A program made the translations under genes and the position numbers. From contig NC_081332.1 of assembly GCF_022539665.2 (NCBI RefSeq), positions 4,960,001 through 5,024,000 of the forward strand: a stretch of DNA of 64,000 nt, given 5' to 3'. This DNA comes from Daphnia carinata (taxonomy: Eukaryota). The notes beneath the pieces were generated by a model, which was given only the letters and a program-made list of their open reading frames with translations, had not been told where the DNA came from and searched no databases. Positions 26,424-38,800 of the stretch are shown piece by piece (within the stretch, counting starts at the first letter, position 1; every line of letters begins with the position of its first letter).

Positions 26424-28637
26424 GCTGCAATTATTTATACTTGGTCGTGGTTGTTTTGTTGTTCTTTTTTTTTTCGTCTGACTTTGGACCAACGCTCGTA
26501 GAGCCACCTAGCGGCTCAAAAAGATACTGGATCTTATAATCTGATAATGGAAAAAATGTTGACACACGAAAAGCATACGAAAGTTCAAAGGAAATTAGCG
26601 GTTGTAAAACAACTAAAAAACGCACAACATTCAGAGAATCCGTCGGTGTACACCAGCGAGTCAATTGCCTTATTTTATGGCAAATTGCCAATGCAAGAAA
26701 ACTTTGATTTCAAAATGGAACAGTTGGGTATGAATGTCTGTCCAAAGTAGGATAGCTGTCAGTGAACTAGTCAAAAATTAAAATCGTTCCAGAAACATGC
26801 CACATCTGAATAATGAAAGGCGTGTGATGTTGCCAATGTCGGACGGTGATAATAAAAAAAAAAGCGCAGGTTACTAAGAAGCAATTGCTATATTGACGTT
26901 TAGAGTGCCGTATGTGTTCCACGGTTTGAGTATCCCTTGCCTTCATTTTACAGAATATTGGATTGGATTTAAAAAAATTAAACGCATTTGACTCGTACGT
27001 TGCGAAAGCCACGCAAGTCATCAGTGAAAATCAATGCTTGTTAGCAAACTTAAGCAAACGAATTACGAATAAAAATAACCGCGAGAATTCTAAATGGTCA
27101 ACTACGCAAACAGTTACCGAGTGAGTAATCGTTTAAGAGGATTTAGTGCAGGAGATAATGGAAGTTATTTCAGTTTTTAATTTTAAAAAGAGTATTGCGT
27201 GTCACTGCCATGTGCAGCCATCTAGAGTTTAAAATGTACTACACATTTTTTATGAACTGAAATTTTACCACAAGATGGCAGTAATTTTCATGAATAAATA
27301 AACATATAAATTAATGACAAAAGGACAAAAAATATAAATAGGGAAAAAGAAAACGACTGAAGCATTTCGACAAACAAATAAAGTCACGGCATCGATTGGC
27401 GATGCTGAAGATTAAGCAGAGCGAAGCCAATTGCCATCAAGTACATCACAAATAAAGAAAGTGTAATGTCAACGACATCACACGGCTCGGCTGATTTCCA
27501 TACGACAATGCGGGCGGTTCCGCAGACTTTGGTAATCTCTTATTTCTATCAAAAGCTTCGATGCTTCAAGATTTCGAACGCACCACACGAAAAAAAAAAA
27601 AAAACACGACAATTGAACAGCCCCACACCCATCCCAGATGTACAAGTTAGTCGAATCAGAACGGATGGCCGTTTTCGATAGTGACTTCCTTCCCCCCTTT
27701 AAAAAAAAAAAAAAAAAAAAAACTTTTCAAAGGGTGGAGGGGCCGCCCCGGCATGAGATCGTTGCACACAATACAATCAGATAAGACAGGGAATATTCAA
27801 ATTGCTGACAGTCTATATAGACGATTACATCAATCGCTATAGATGGCTATCGAAGCTTCTGTATTCCATCCACTCAGGTGGTAGCAGCAGCTCTAGTAAC
27901 CCGAGGTTTTCCTTTTTAATTCCTCATTTTTCTATTCATTCTCTCCCCTCCTCTTCTTCTTCTATTTTTTTTTTCGTTCATCTCAAAAACAACCTGTCTT
28001 TTCGTCTTTATTTTTCTATACATTTTCTTCTTCTTCTTCTTCTTCTTTTCCTTAAGAAAAAAATCAAATCTGTACGATCGCATCTTGGACGAATTACCTT
28101 GAGAAAAAAAAAAAGGGAACGAACGAATTTTTGAACTTGAAAGAGAGGGGAGAGAGAGAGAAACGAGTCTTGTTCTATTCCTCTTTTATTACCTGTACAT
28201 ACCTGGAGGGGATTCTTGGTGCAGGCTCACATGAGAAGCCAGGAGGACGCTAAAAGACAGCGCGCCAAGTTCCCTTTTGGTGGGAATGACCCCGGTAGTT
28301 TTTTTTTTCTTTCTTTTTTCTTATACAGGAAAGGAATAACGATAGAGAAAAAAAAAAAAAAGGTAGAATGAAGAAACCGAATAATACAAGGAGGGGTGAA
28401 AGACGAAGGAAGGAGCAAAGAATAAAAAAAAAAAAAAAAAAAAAGAAAAAAAAAATCATGACCGAAGAGCGCAAACGTGAACGCGGCCCAGAACAAGAAG
28501 AAAAGGAGAACCTGCTGCCCCTCGGGCGGTAGGAGGTCCAACCCAATGGGGAGCAACGCAAACCCCACAGAGTTTTATTTTGTTACCTTACATTTCCCCC
28601 TCCTTCTCTTTCTCTCTCTCACTCCTCCGAGTTCCCT

Positions 28638-28671
28638 TTAGTCTACCGCCAACCAGCGTCTGCTCGAGTCG
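28638..28671 (+). promoter_or_regulatory. Inr + DPE core promoter candidate for flamingo
   Basis: TTA(+1 at 28640)GTC followed by AGTCG (RGWYV) at exactly +28 to +32 (28667-28671). This implies about 780 nt from TSS to the ATG at 29422. Confidence 0.45.
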
Positions 28672-29421
28672 GTACCTCAACTGTGTTCCCGACCGATCGA
28701 AACATTTCCTATGTGTGTGTGTGTGTCTGTGCGTTATTTTATTATACATATATTTTTTTTTGCTTGCGTTCGTTGGCACGCTACGTCAGTGCATTTGCCA
28801 AGTGATTTACTGGCACCCAATCAGAAGACAACGGATTAACGACATTCATTGGATATATAATCGAATTCAAACAAAAAAAAAACTTTGGGGTTGTGCGTGT
28901 TGTTTTTTTTTTCCCTGTCCTAACCGACAAACACAAAAATACGAAAGAGGGAAAAGCTTTTTTTTTTTTTTGCGCTTTTTTCCGGTTCGATTAAGTTTAG
29001 AAGCAACAAACAAAAAATTATGATTATCAACTGTAGTCGGAGTTCGATCTGACACGGTATGAACGACTGGAATGTGCTGATCAGATTGTGACTTGTCATG
29101 TTTTGACCTCTTTCCAAATACGATCGAAAAAAAAAACAAACAAAATTCTTTAACTATTAAAAAAAAAACGGTCAAACGTCCAGTGCATTTTTTTTTCATA
29201 CCTGGGGGATCGAAAATATCCTACCTGCCGATGGAGACGGTTCAAGTCATAACCGACCTTCACCAAGAGCTTTGACTCGTTTCAACTGTACTATCCCCCC
29301 CCCCCCCCTCCCCTCAAAATACGTAGGGTATAGATATCAATTTTGTTAAAAAACATCTGCGAAACTCATCGCCGGAAACATCCGGCAGAAAACACCAAAA
29401 AGAATTAAAAAACGAAAGAAG

Positions 29422-31027
29422 ATGATGTTTCGTAAACACCTGAGCGCTCAAAGTTGGCGAACGGTGGGAGCAGTGTTGCTGCTACTCTCGCACTACGTCG
29501 GACCTGGATCGTCCTTTATGGTTGTCGTTGACGAGCCCGGTGTTACACCTGCCGGATCAATCATTTTCCACGCCGGAATGACGGATGACGGAGGCCAGAA
29601 CGGACGCCATTGGACCTACGTTTGGTCATCAACGTCACCGGAAACGACCAGAAGCTTTTTCCATCTGAGCAAAGATGGATCGGTGCGCTTAAAACGGTCA
29701 CCCATCAGCCGGCCTTGCTCCGACTGGCCTTTGCGGATCGAGGCCTACGACCCGACCGTCCGCACCGGAGTGATTCGGGTCAGTTTCCCGCTAACGGTTC
29801 GATTCAAATCGTGCGACAACCAACTGATTGACGGCCGTCGTGCGCACATCGATCATTCGGTGCGATTGACCACCATCTTAGCGGACTCGGCGGGACGTGA
29901 GGTGGACGACGATCGTCTTTTTAATGAGATTTGCCTGCGGCGGAGTGAGCTCATAGTCACCAAACTGGATGCCTACCTGCCGGAAACGGTGCGACGCTAC
30001 TGCACGGCTGACAGTTGGTCTTCGTCAACGTCCAGCCGAGCGGTAGAATCATCGGGAGTGGATCTCGTTTCGACAGAATCCGAATGCCGTCCGGGAAGGA
30101 CGGACCACGCCCACCTCCATTATCGGCTCAATTGTTCGTCGCCCATCGGCAATGGCGTTGTTGAAGCGCAAAGAGAAATGCATGTGATCGCCCGATTGGA
30201 TCCTCCTCCGCCACCTGACGTTTTGCACCGGTCCGGCCATCGGCAGCGACGCCAAACGCCACCAGAGGCTTCCTTCTCGTTCGAACAGCCCGTCTACGTC
30301 GCGTCCGTGCCCGAAGAGCGAGACAGAGGTCTGCAAGTGATCTCTTTAGCCGTCCGCAATCCGCCACCTATCGGCGTCACGTACTCGATGGTGGCCGTCT
30401 TAGACGCTCGTTCGCAAAAACTGTTTTCCATCGACGGCCAGACGGGCAGCATCACAACGTCGGCTCGTTTAGACCGCGAGTCGATGGACGTCCACTATCT
30501 CCGCGTCACGGCGACGGAAGTGGTGGCGGAAGGAAGTGGGGCCACTAACAGACCGCAGCCGAGGAGCGCTACGGCGACGGTGCAGATCAACGTCGAAGAT
30601 GTCAACGATTTCCCGCCGAGTTTCGAACAGTCTAATTATGAAACGTCCATCAAGGAATCGGCTTCGATCGGGACGGCCGTCTTGACGGTCCGCGCCAAAG
30701 ACCAGGACGCCGGAGCCAACGCCGACGTTCATTACAGCATCGTCAACCCGTTTGGGGCTAATGAAGCCTTCCGCATCGACGCCAGGACGGGCGTCATCAG
30801 CACCCGTTTGGCCCTGGATCGTGAAACAAACGAGCAGTACAATCTGACGATCCAGGCTGTCGATCAGGGACCGGTCCAGGAACGCCAATCGGCTACCGCT
30901 TTGGTCCACGTCCAAGTCGGCGATGAAAACGACAATTATCCGCAATTCTCCGAACGGACTTATACGGTCGACGTGGCCGAAAATGTCAACTGGGCAGAGA
31001 ATCCAATCATCGCACGAATCAGGTAAG

Positions 31028-31070
<43 letters not shown>

Positions 31071-31891
31071 TGAATCAAACCATTAAATGCTATTTGAGTG
31101 CTGATGGCAATCCCAGTGACACATTCGTTTTTGTTTTCTCTCGTATTGTTTTTCCCTGTTATTGTTATTTTCTTTTGGTTATCAATCTGGCATCAATGGC
31201 GACGTTTTTGTCAAGTATAACGAGTTTCAAATCTCGTTTTTTTGGGGGGAAAAAAAAAAAAACGAGTCGATTTGATTTCTACCGCTGAAAAAGGAGAGAG
31301 AAAAGTATAGACAAAGGTCTGCATATTTTATGATGGAAAAAAAAAAGGGCTTGCTGCCACCACTGCGAGGGCCCAAATATGGCCGAAGAAGCCTCGTCAC
31401 TCTTTTTTTTTTTTTTTTCTTCCCGTCTCTCGTTTGAGTTGTTTCAGTCCTTTTAGAAAAGAAAAGAAAAAAAAAGAAACGGGGAATAAGAAAGATATAA
31501 CTCTAACGTCTAAAACAAACAGACGGCACTCGATCTTCTTTTTCTCGAACCGGTTCGGGAAAAACAAAAACAAAAACCTGGTAGCTTTTTGAATTTTTTT
31601 TTGTTTCCCTTCTTCAATATCATCGATAATTAAATAAGGGCAACGAGTGTAAGCCGAGAACGAATGACAAAAAATGAAAAAGGGAAAACTAAAAAACACG
31701 GATGAAACATAAAAATTCCGGTTTCAAGTTCGACAAGAACACACACTGTTGAAAATATTTTCTCCTTGTGTGAAGAAACCCAAAACTGACGTTCTTTCTT
31801 TTTTTTTTTTTTGTTTTCGGAAAAATCCAAACAAAAAAAAAAAAAAAAAATGAATTCCTCGTCCAGGTGTGTATGTATATTAGGGCCGGTG

Positions 31892-31943
<52 letters not shown>

Positions 31944-32453
31944 GTCGTCGTGTATGGTCATTGAAAAATGCGCAGCCAACGAAAGGAACTTTGTTTTCCT
32001 AAAAGAATCTAACATAGTTGTTATTCGGTTTGTTTTTCCTATTCTTTTCCATTATATATGTGGAGCTTTTCTTTTCTTTCCTCTTTTGTTGTATTTCTAC
32101 TTTGTTTCCCCATTTTTTTTTTTTTTTTTTTTTTTTTTTGTTCGGTCGAGGGAAATCAATCCCGCAACGTCAAAAGACAAGCGGATGTCGCTTCGCATCG
32201 TCATCGCACGCCTTGTCTCGTTTCTCCCTTCAGTAACGATGTTTTTCTTTTTCCATCTTACTGTTTGATGATCGTGAAAGGAAGAGTAACGTAATCGACG
32301 AAAAGAAAATAGAGAGGGCGGGAAATGTTCAATATTTGAATTCTGGAAGGACTAGAGTGTTTTTGCTAAAAAGGTTCCTAAAATGGCCAATGTCTAGAAT
32401 CTTTTTTATTATTTTTTTTTTTTTTTTTGAGATGCAAATAATAAAAAATACAA

Positions 32454-32485
<32 letters not shown>

Positions 32486-32834
32486 TGGTTGGTGGAGTGA
32501 GATGCCTTGTCAGTGGCCCGCTTGTTGCCAGATCGTAAATTCAGACTGCCAAGACAAGAGAGGCTAGCTAGAGACGATTCACGATCCATGTTTAGAAAGT
32601 ATACACTATGTACATATAAATAGAAAAGAGGAGAAATAGCCTCTTGTCGTTCTTCCCCCCTCCCCCCCCCCCAAAAAAAAAAAAAATAAGAAAAGAAAAA
32701 AAAGGAAAGAAAAACATATTCATGGAGTGGGTGCGAAGACGACCGCTCGATGCTAGTACGTAATGTATAAACAAACGACCGATGGGGGCTGCCCTTATCG
32801 GGCAGCGTTTTGTAGAGAGGGTCAACAAAGCCAG

Positions 32835-32870
<36 letters not shown>

Positions 32871-35800
32871 TTGCAGATTTCTCTTTGATTGTCCCTTCGT
32901 GTGTTTTATCGTCCTCTCGGCCAAACACAAAAAAGAGCCACTCCAAAAAGATCAGCATTCATTGATGGATGACGGCACAACACGAAAGTGGAAGCAGTGT
33001 CTTTCGACTTTTGTTTTGGCAGTAACCCATAGCAACCATCAAATTGAAAAAAAAAAAAAAAAAAGATTCTGAATCATTCAAGAGGGAAAAAGACGAGCGA
33101 GGTCAACGCCATCCATCACAGATTCCGATTACAATTCTAAAAAAAAAAAAAGTTTAACATCTATTTTTCGTGAGGCTTCTCATCAGCCGCTCCTCGTATT
33201 CTTTTCACGTCGTCTGCTCAACGTCACACATGTCCGACTACGTTCTCAAAAGATGATTACAATATTTTTGCTTATTTTTGAAACAATAGGGCGACGGATG
33301 CTGACGTCGGGCCCAACGCTGTTCTGCGCTACTCGCTGATTGGCGGCAACACGCAGGGTCACTTTGTCATCGACTCGTTGAGCGGAGACGTGGCCGTGGT
33401 GCAGCCGCTGGATTTCGAAACGGTGCGCAGCTACCGGCTCGTCATCCGGGCCCAGGACGGCGGCAATCCCAGCCGCTCCAACACGACGCAGCTGCTCGTC
33501 AACGTCCGCGACGTCAACGACAACGCCCCGCGCTTCTACACGTCCTTATTCCAAGAGTCTGTCATCGAGAACGTGCCCGTCGGGCACAGCATCGTCCGCG
33601 TCCAGGCCTACGACGCCGACGACGCCGAAAACGCTCACATCACTTATAGGATCGTCCCGTTGGCCATCATGACGCCGACTGGCAATCAGCAAACGGACGA
33701 AGATCAACTACCCTTCGGAATCGATCCAGACACCGGCTGGATCGTCACTGTCCGCGAGCTGGATCGCGAAGAGAATCACCACCACGAATTCGAGGTCAGT
33801 TCTCAATCGCATTTGAACATCTCACCAAGAGTTTCCAGCAATCTGGTTTCCCCCTCCCTTCCATGACATTTCAAATGTTTTGATCGATGTCTAAACTTTT
33901 GGGGAAAAAAAAAAACAACAAGCTTTTTTATGTTTAAAAAAGAAAATGTTGGGGAGTTTTAGAGAGCCTTCAGCAGGGGATGTCTAGAATGGGAGAACGT
34001 CCATCACCATCGTCCGTAAACTCGTCGACGCTAATGGCTGGTGGACGGGCTCCTTGGGCCGGGGCAAATTTATAGTTATCGACTGTTTTAGTATGTTTTG
34101 AAAAACTTCTTCTTTTTTTTTTTCGTTTTGCCTTCACGGTATTTAAAAAAACAACATTTTTAAAAACATCAAACAAAATAACAAAGACGTTGAAAAAAAT
34201 AAAAGAAGATTTTCGCGGCTATGATGGGCGTGTTTAAACGCCAGTTCTGGAACGCTTTTGGGAACTTTGATGAACTTTCAAATTGTTTCTTTTATTTTTT
34301 ATTTTTTTTTTTGTTTTGTTTCTTTTGTTTGTTGTTATTTTTTTCTCTCTCTCTTCGAGTTCGAAAGAAAGGTGTAGAAAACGATAAGACGGTCTAACTA
34401 CCAGGTGTGAAAATGAGCTCGCACGTTGCGTAAATGATGACATCCGCAATGTTCGATGCACTTCATCAAAAAAAAAAAAAAAAAAAAAATACAACAACAC
34501 AAAAAAAAAAAAAAAATTATAAATAAATAAAAAACAAAAATTTTAAAGAGAGAAAAAAAAAAAAAAAAAAAAGGCCGGCGGGCCGGCCATCATAAAAGAA
34601 AAAAAGGGAAGGAATTTTTTACAAAAGACTTGCGGCTTTTATTAGCTGTACCCGATCTGAATTAATGAACCATTTCCCTTCTTGATATAATGATTTTCTA
34701 AACGAGCTCATCACAAACGATGTTTATGTCCTCAATCTTCTCCCCCCCCCCCATCTTCGTTCTCGCTTTCACAAAAAATAAAGTTGTAACCCCTTTGCTG
34801 TTTTTTTTGTTTTTTTTTGAAAGGTATTGGCGACGGACGGCGGCGGTAAAACGGCGACGGCCCGCGTCGTCCTGCAAATTCAGGACCAGAACGACAACGA
34901 CCCCGTTTTCTGGCCGAAAGTTTACGAGGCCGTCGTCGGCGAAGACGCCACACCCGGAACGCCCGTCCTGACGGTGACGGCCGCCGATAAAGACGAGAAT
35001 CCGCGTCTGCAGTATTCCATCGTCGGAGGCAACGTCCGCGGTCGGTTCAGCGTCAGCTCCCAAAACGGACAGGGATTGATTTCAGTGGCCCAACCTTTGG
35101 ATTACAAACAAGAGAAACGCTTCGTCCTGACGGTCCAGGCCAGCGACTCGGGCGGACGCAGCGACACGGCCACCGTTTACCTCAACGTCTCCGACGCCAA
35201 CACGCACGCACCGGCCTTCGAAGCCGCGCCATATTCGGCCACCGTTTTCGAAGACGCCCCCATAGGTAAAATGTTTTTTTTGTTTTTTTTTAACGATTTG
35301 AAATGACCCGAAAATGGCGGTTCAAAAAAAAAAAAAATGATGCAACGAGCCTATTATTTAGTTTTTTGCCCCTCTTTTAAGTGCAAGGGAGGGGATATGT
35401 AAATTAGTTTACAACCATGAAAACAACCCGGGTTAAAGAAGGCAATTGGCTTTCATTAAATCAAGTAACACACACACACACACAAAACGCGTAACATAAT
35501 GTTGGTTACCCAACCCAACCCAACAGGCTTAATAACATAGGATTTCATTCGTTACGTTTAAGAAAAATATTTAATGACCGAATCGAATTATGACCCTAAA
35601 AAAAAATGTTGATGATTAGGGACGACTGTTTTGATTGTGGCGGCCAGCGACGGAGATGTGGGCGACAACGCCCGGATAACTTACGGACTATCGGGTGAAC
35701 TTGTGCCGGAATTCTCCATCCAGCCGGCGACGGGCGCCATTGTGACGACCAAGCAGCTGGACAGAGAGCGGACGTCCGGCTACTTGTTGACCATCACGGC

Positions 35801-38800
35801 GCGAGATAGCGGAAATCCGCCGCTGAGCGACACGACCGACGTGGAAATCAGTTTGGGAGACGTCAACGACAACCCGCCCGTTTTCCAGCAGACGACTTAC
35901 CTGGCCAACGTCCCGGAAGACGCCCTCATCGGCACATCCGTTCTCCAAGTGACGGCCACCGACGCCGACCAGGGATTCAACGGCAGAGTTCGTTACGTTC
36001 TACTGGACACGGAAACCAACAATTCGCCCTTCACCCTGGACGCCACTTCCGGAATTTTGCGCACCAATAAATTGCTGGACAGAGAATCAACGGCTAAATA
36101 CGACCTGCTCGTCCAGGCCATCGATCGCGGTACTCCCGAACTGTCCGGAGCAGCGTCCGTGGTCGTCATCATCGACGACGTCAACGACTCTCCGCCTTCT
36201 TTCAACATCCCACCGTCTTCGGATCGGGTCCGTCTCTTCATCCAAGAGAATTCGCCCGTCGGCTCCAAAGTCGGCGACGTCATCGCCCGAGATCCCGACG
36301 AAGGTCTCAATGCTGTCGTCCAGTATTCCATCATCGGCGGGCCCGACGCCGAAGCTTTCACTCTAGTTCCGCGCCCGGAATCCGGCTCCGCCGAATTGTT
36401 GACTCGCATCGAACTCGACTACGAATCGCCTCGCAAACGCTACGAATTATTAGTGCGCGCAGCATCGCCGCCGTTGCGGACGGACGTCATCGTCGAAGTG
36501 AACGTCGTCGACGTCAACGACAACGTTCCAGTTCTCAACGATTTCCGGCTGGTCCTCAACAACTTCAAGAATCATTTCCCTCTAGGACCTGTGGCCCGCG
36601 TTCCCGTCTTCGATGCCGACGTCAATGACCAGGTAACGTACTGACGTCTTTCTTTTAAACTCTAATTAACAAAGTGAAAATTGACGCTACCCATTTTTTT
36701 TTTTAAATAAGCAAACAGAAAGAACTCCCCCCTTCCTTTTTTTTTTTTTTTTTTTTTTTAAAGCGGTTAGCCACTTTAAGAAAGTCTTAATGGATGTCCA
36801 TTAAACATGGAAATTGTGTGCCGGAGTTCCCTAAAGAAACAAGTCCCTTCTTCGACCTTCTTTTTTTTTATATATATTTTTCTTTCCCCTAGTTTTCGGG
36901 AGGTCGTAAACTGTTTTTTTAATTTCATTCCATTCTCGAAAAAAAAAAAGAGGGAGAAAAGAAAAAGGCCCTTGCGGGAAAAAACAAAACATGTCCTTTT
37001 TGGAACTACAACCCGAAAGGAAGGGGAGAGAAATGAAAACGTAGAAAATCCACACTACACACACTGACACTCTCTTGACTGGCGCCATATATACACCAGA
37101 AATACAAGGGGCGGATGGGAATGGATAAAACAACAAGATAAAAGCCACCATCTATATATAATACATCCAGCTTTCTTTTTTTTTTTTCCCCCTCCAACCC
37201 CCGGCCTAACTATAAACACTGCGAGATAGGCCTACAAGAAGAGGGTGAGGGGATTCTAACTGTCGTCTTCTTTCATATAGGAAAAGTACTCTGTGTGTGT
37301 ACGTACGTACGTAGCGTCCACAGAAGATGTATGAGGTTCGATTGGGAGCAATATAATTCCGAGTGGCACACAGCCTTCTATCGAGAGGGAGAGAGGGGGG
37401 GGGGCGCTTTCCAGCGTAATTAAGGTTTCTTCTCGCTTTTTTTTATCCAACCCTCCCACTATCGTACACATTGCAGGCAAGAGGTAGCTTGTAGATAAAT
37501 TTATATGCGGCGTGTATAGACTGAATGGTGAGAGGGGAGAGAGAGAGAGAGAGCTTTGATCCAACCCCTCTCCTGTGCTCCAGAACGAGTCAATACGAAT
37601 GGATTGAGACCCTACACGTCCGTACGTGAAGGAACTTCAAAATTTCCTTCTTTTTTTTTTCTATTCGAGGGATGAATGAGAGCAAACGTTAAACTTGTCT
37701 AAAGCTTGGGTCCCCTGTTTTTTTATTTTTTGGAACGTGTACATATTTATTTAACGCCATAGAACAGACCTCGTTCTTTTTTCTTTTCTTTTTCGATTCG
37801 ATCAATATGTACAGGAGGACTTCTTTTTATAGACCAGAGTTATTAAAAGGTTTCTATCTAACCGCCAGGTGGTTATCGAAAAGAAAAAAAAAAAAAAAAT
37901 GTTACAAGAACAGCAGTTGCTGTGTTGTTCTTGTTGGGACGACGTCTGCGGGGTTTATTTTTAAGAGGAATTCAACCCAAGAATTCAAGGTTCTCTTTTG
38001 TTCAATTTTGTTGTGCTACACATCTTTATAGATAGACATTGCTATGTTTTTTTTTTTTTTATTCGAAAGAAGAATAGGAATGGACACGGCGGGTCGTTAA
38101 AATAGGGGGAAAAAAAATTGAGACGGGGAGGGATTAAAAAAGAAATTCAATTAGTTTGACAAGATTTTCTCCCCGCTTCACGGGTGTTTAACGCTATAAA
38201 ATAAGACGGAAATAAATAAAAAAAAAAAAGAACAAAAAAAAAAAAAGGGCGCCCCCTTGTGTGAAGGTAAGAGAAGAGCATCGCTCAAAATACTTTCACA
38301 CAGCACGGCATGATAATAGCAATAAAAACGAATATCACAAAAAGAAAAAAAGAAAAAACAAAAATGATTTCGACTGTTTTCTCTTTGGCCCCCCTCCCTT
38401 ACTCAGCATAGCCAGATCCCATTGGCGGAACAAAATCGAAATTGGTCACGCTCCAGCGGGAGTATTTCTTTTTTTTTTTTTTCTTCGACGATCAACGATC
38501 ACGTTTCCCATTTGAAAAAAAAAAAAACATATTAACATGTTAGGCAACATGAACACATTGAACACATGTTTCCAATGATTTGTGTCTATGTCTGTCTGTC
38601 TGTCTGTGTGTGTGTTACCAAATTGAATTTTGGGGAATCGTAATTTTATTCTTTTTCGCATGCGTACGATTATTAGTTGCATTACAGGGTCGTGTCGGGC
38701 AACAGCGCGGATTTGATCCATTTGAACGAAACGACCGGTTTCATCAGCCTGTCGTCCAACCTCAACACTAACGTGCCCATCTCGGCCGCCATGGAAATCT

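Noticed and set aside
28458..28532. Short ORF MTEERKRERGPEQEEKENLLPLGR upstream of flamingo
   Set aside because: Purine-rich low-complexity sequence lying upstream of the best TSS candidate (28640).
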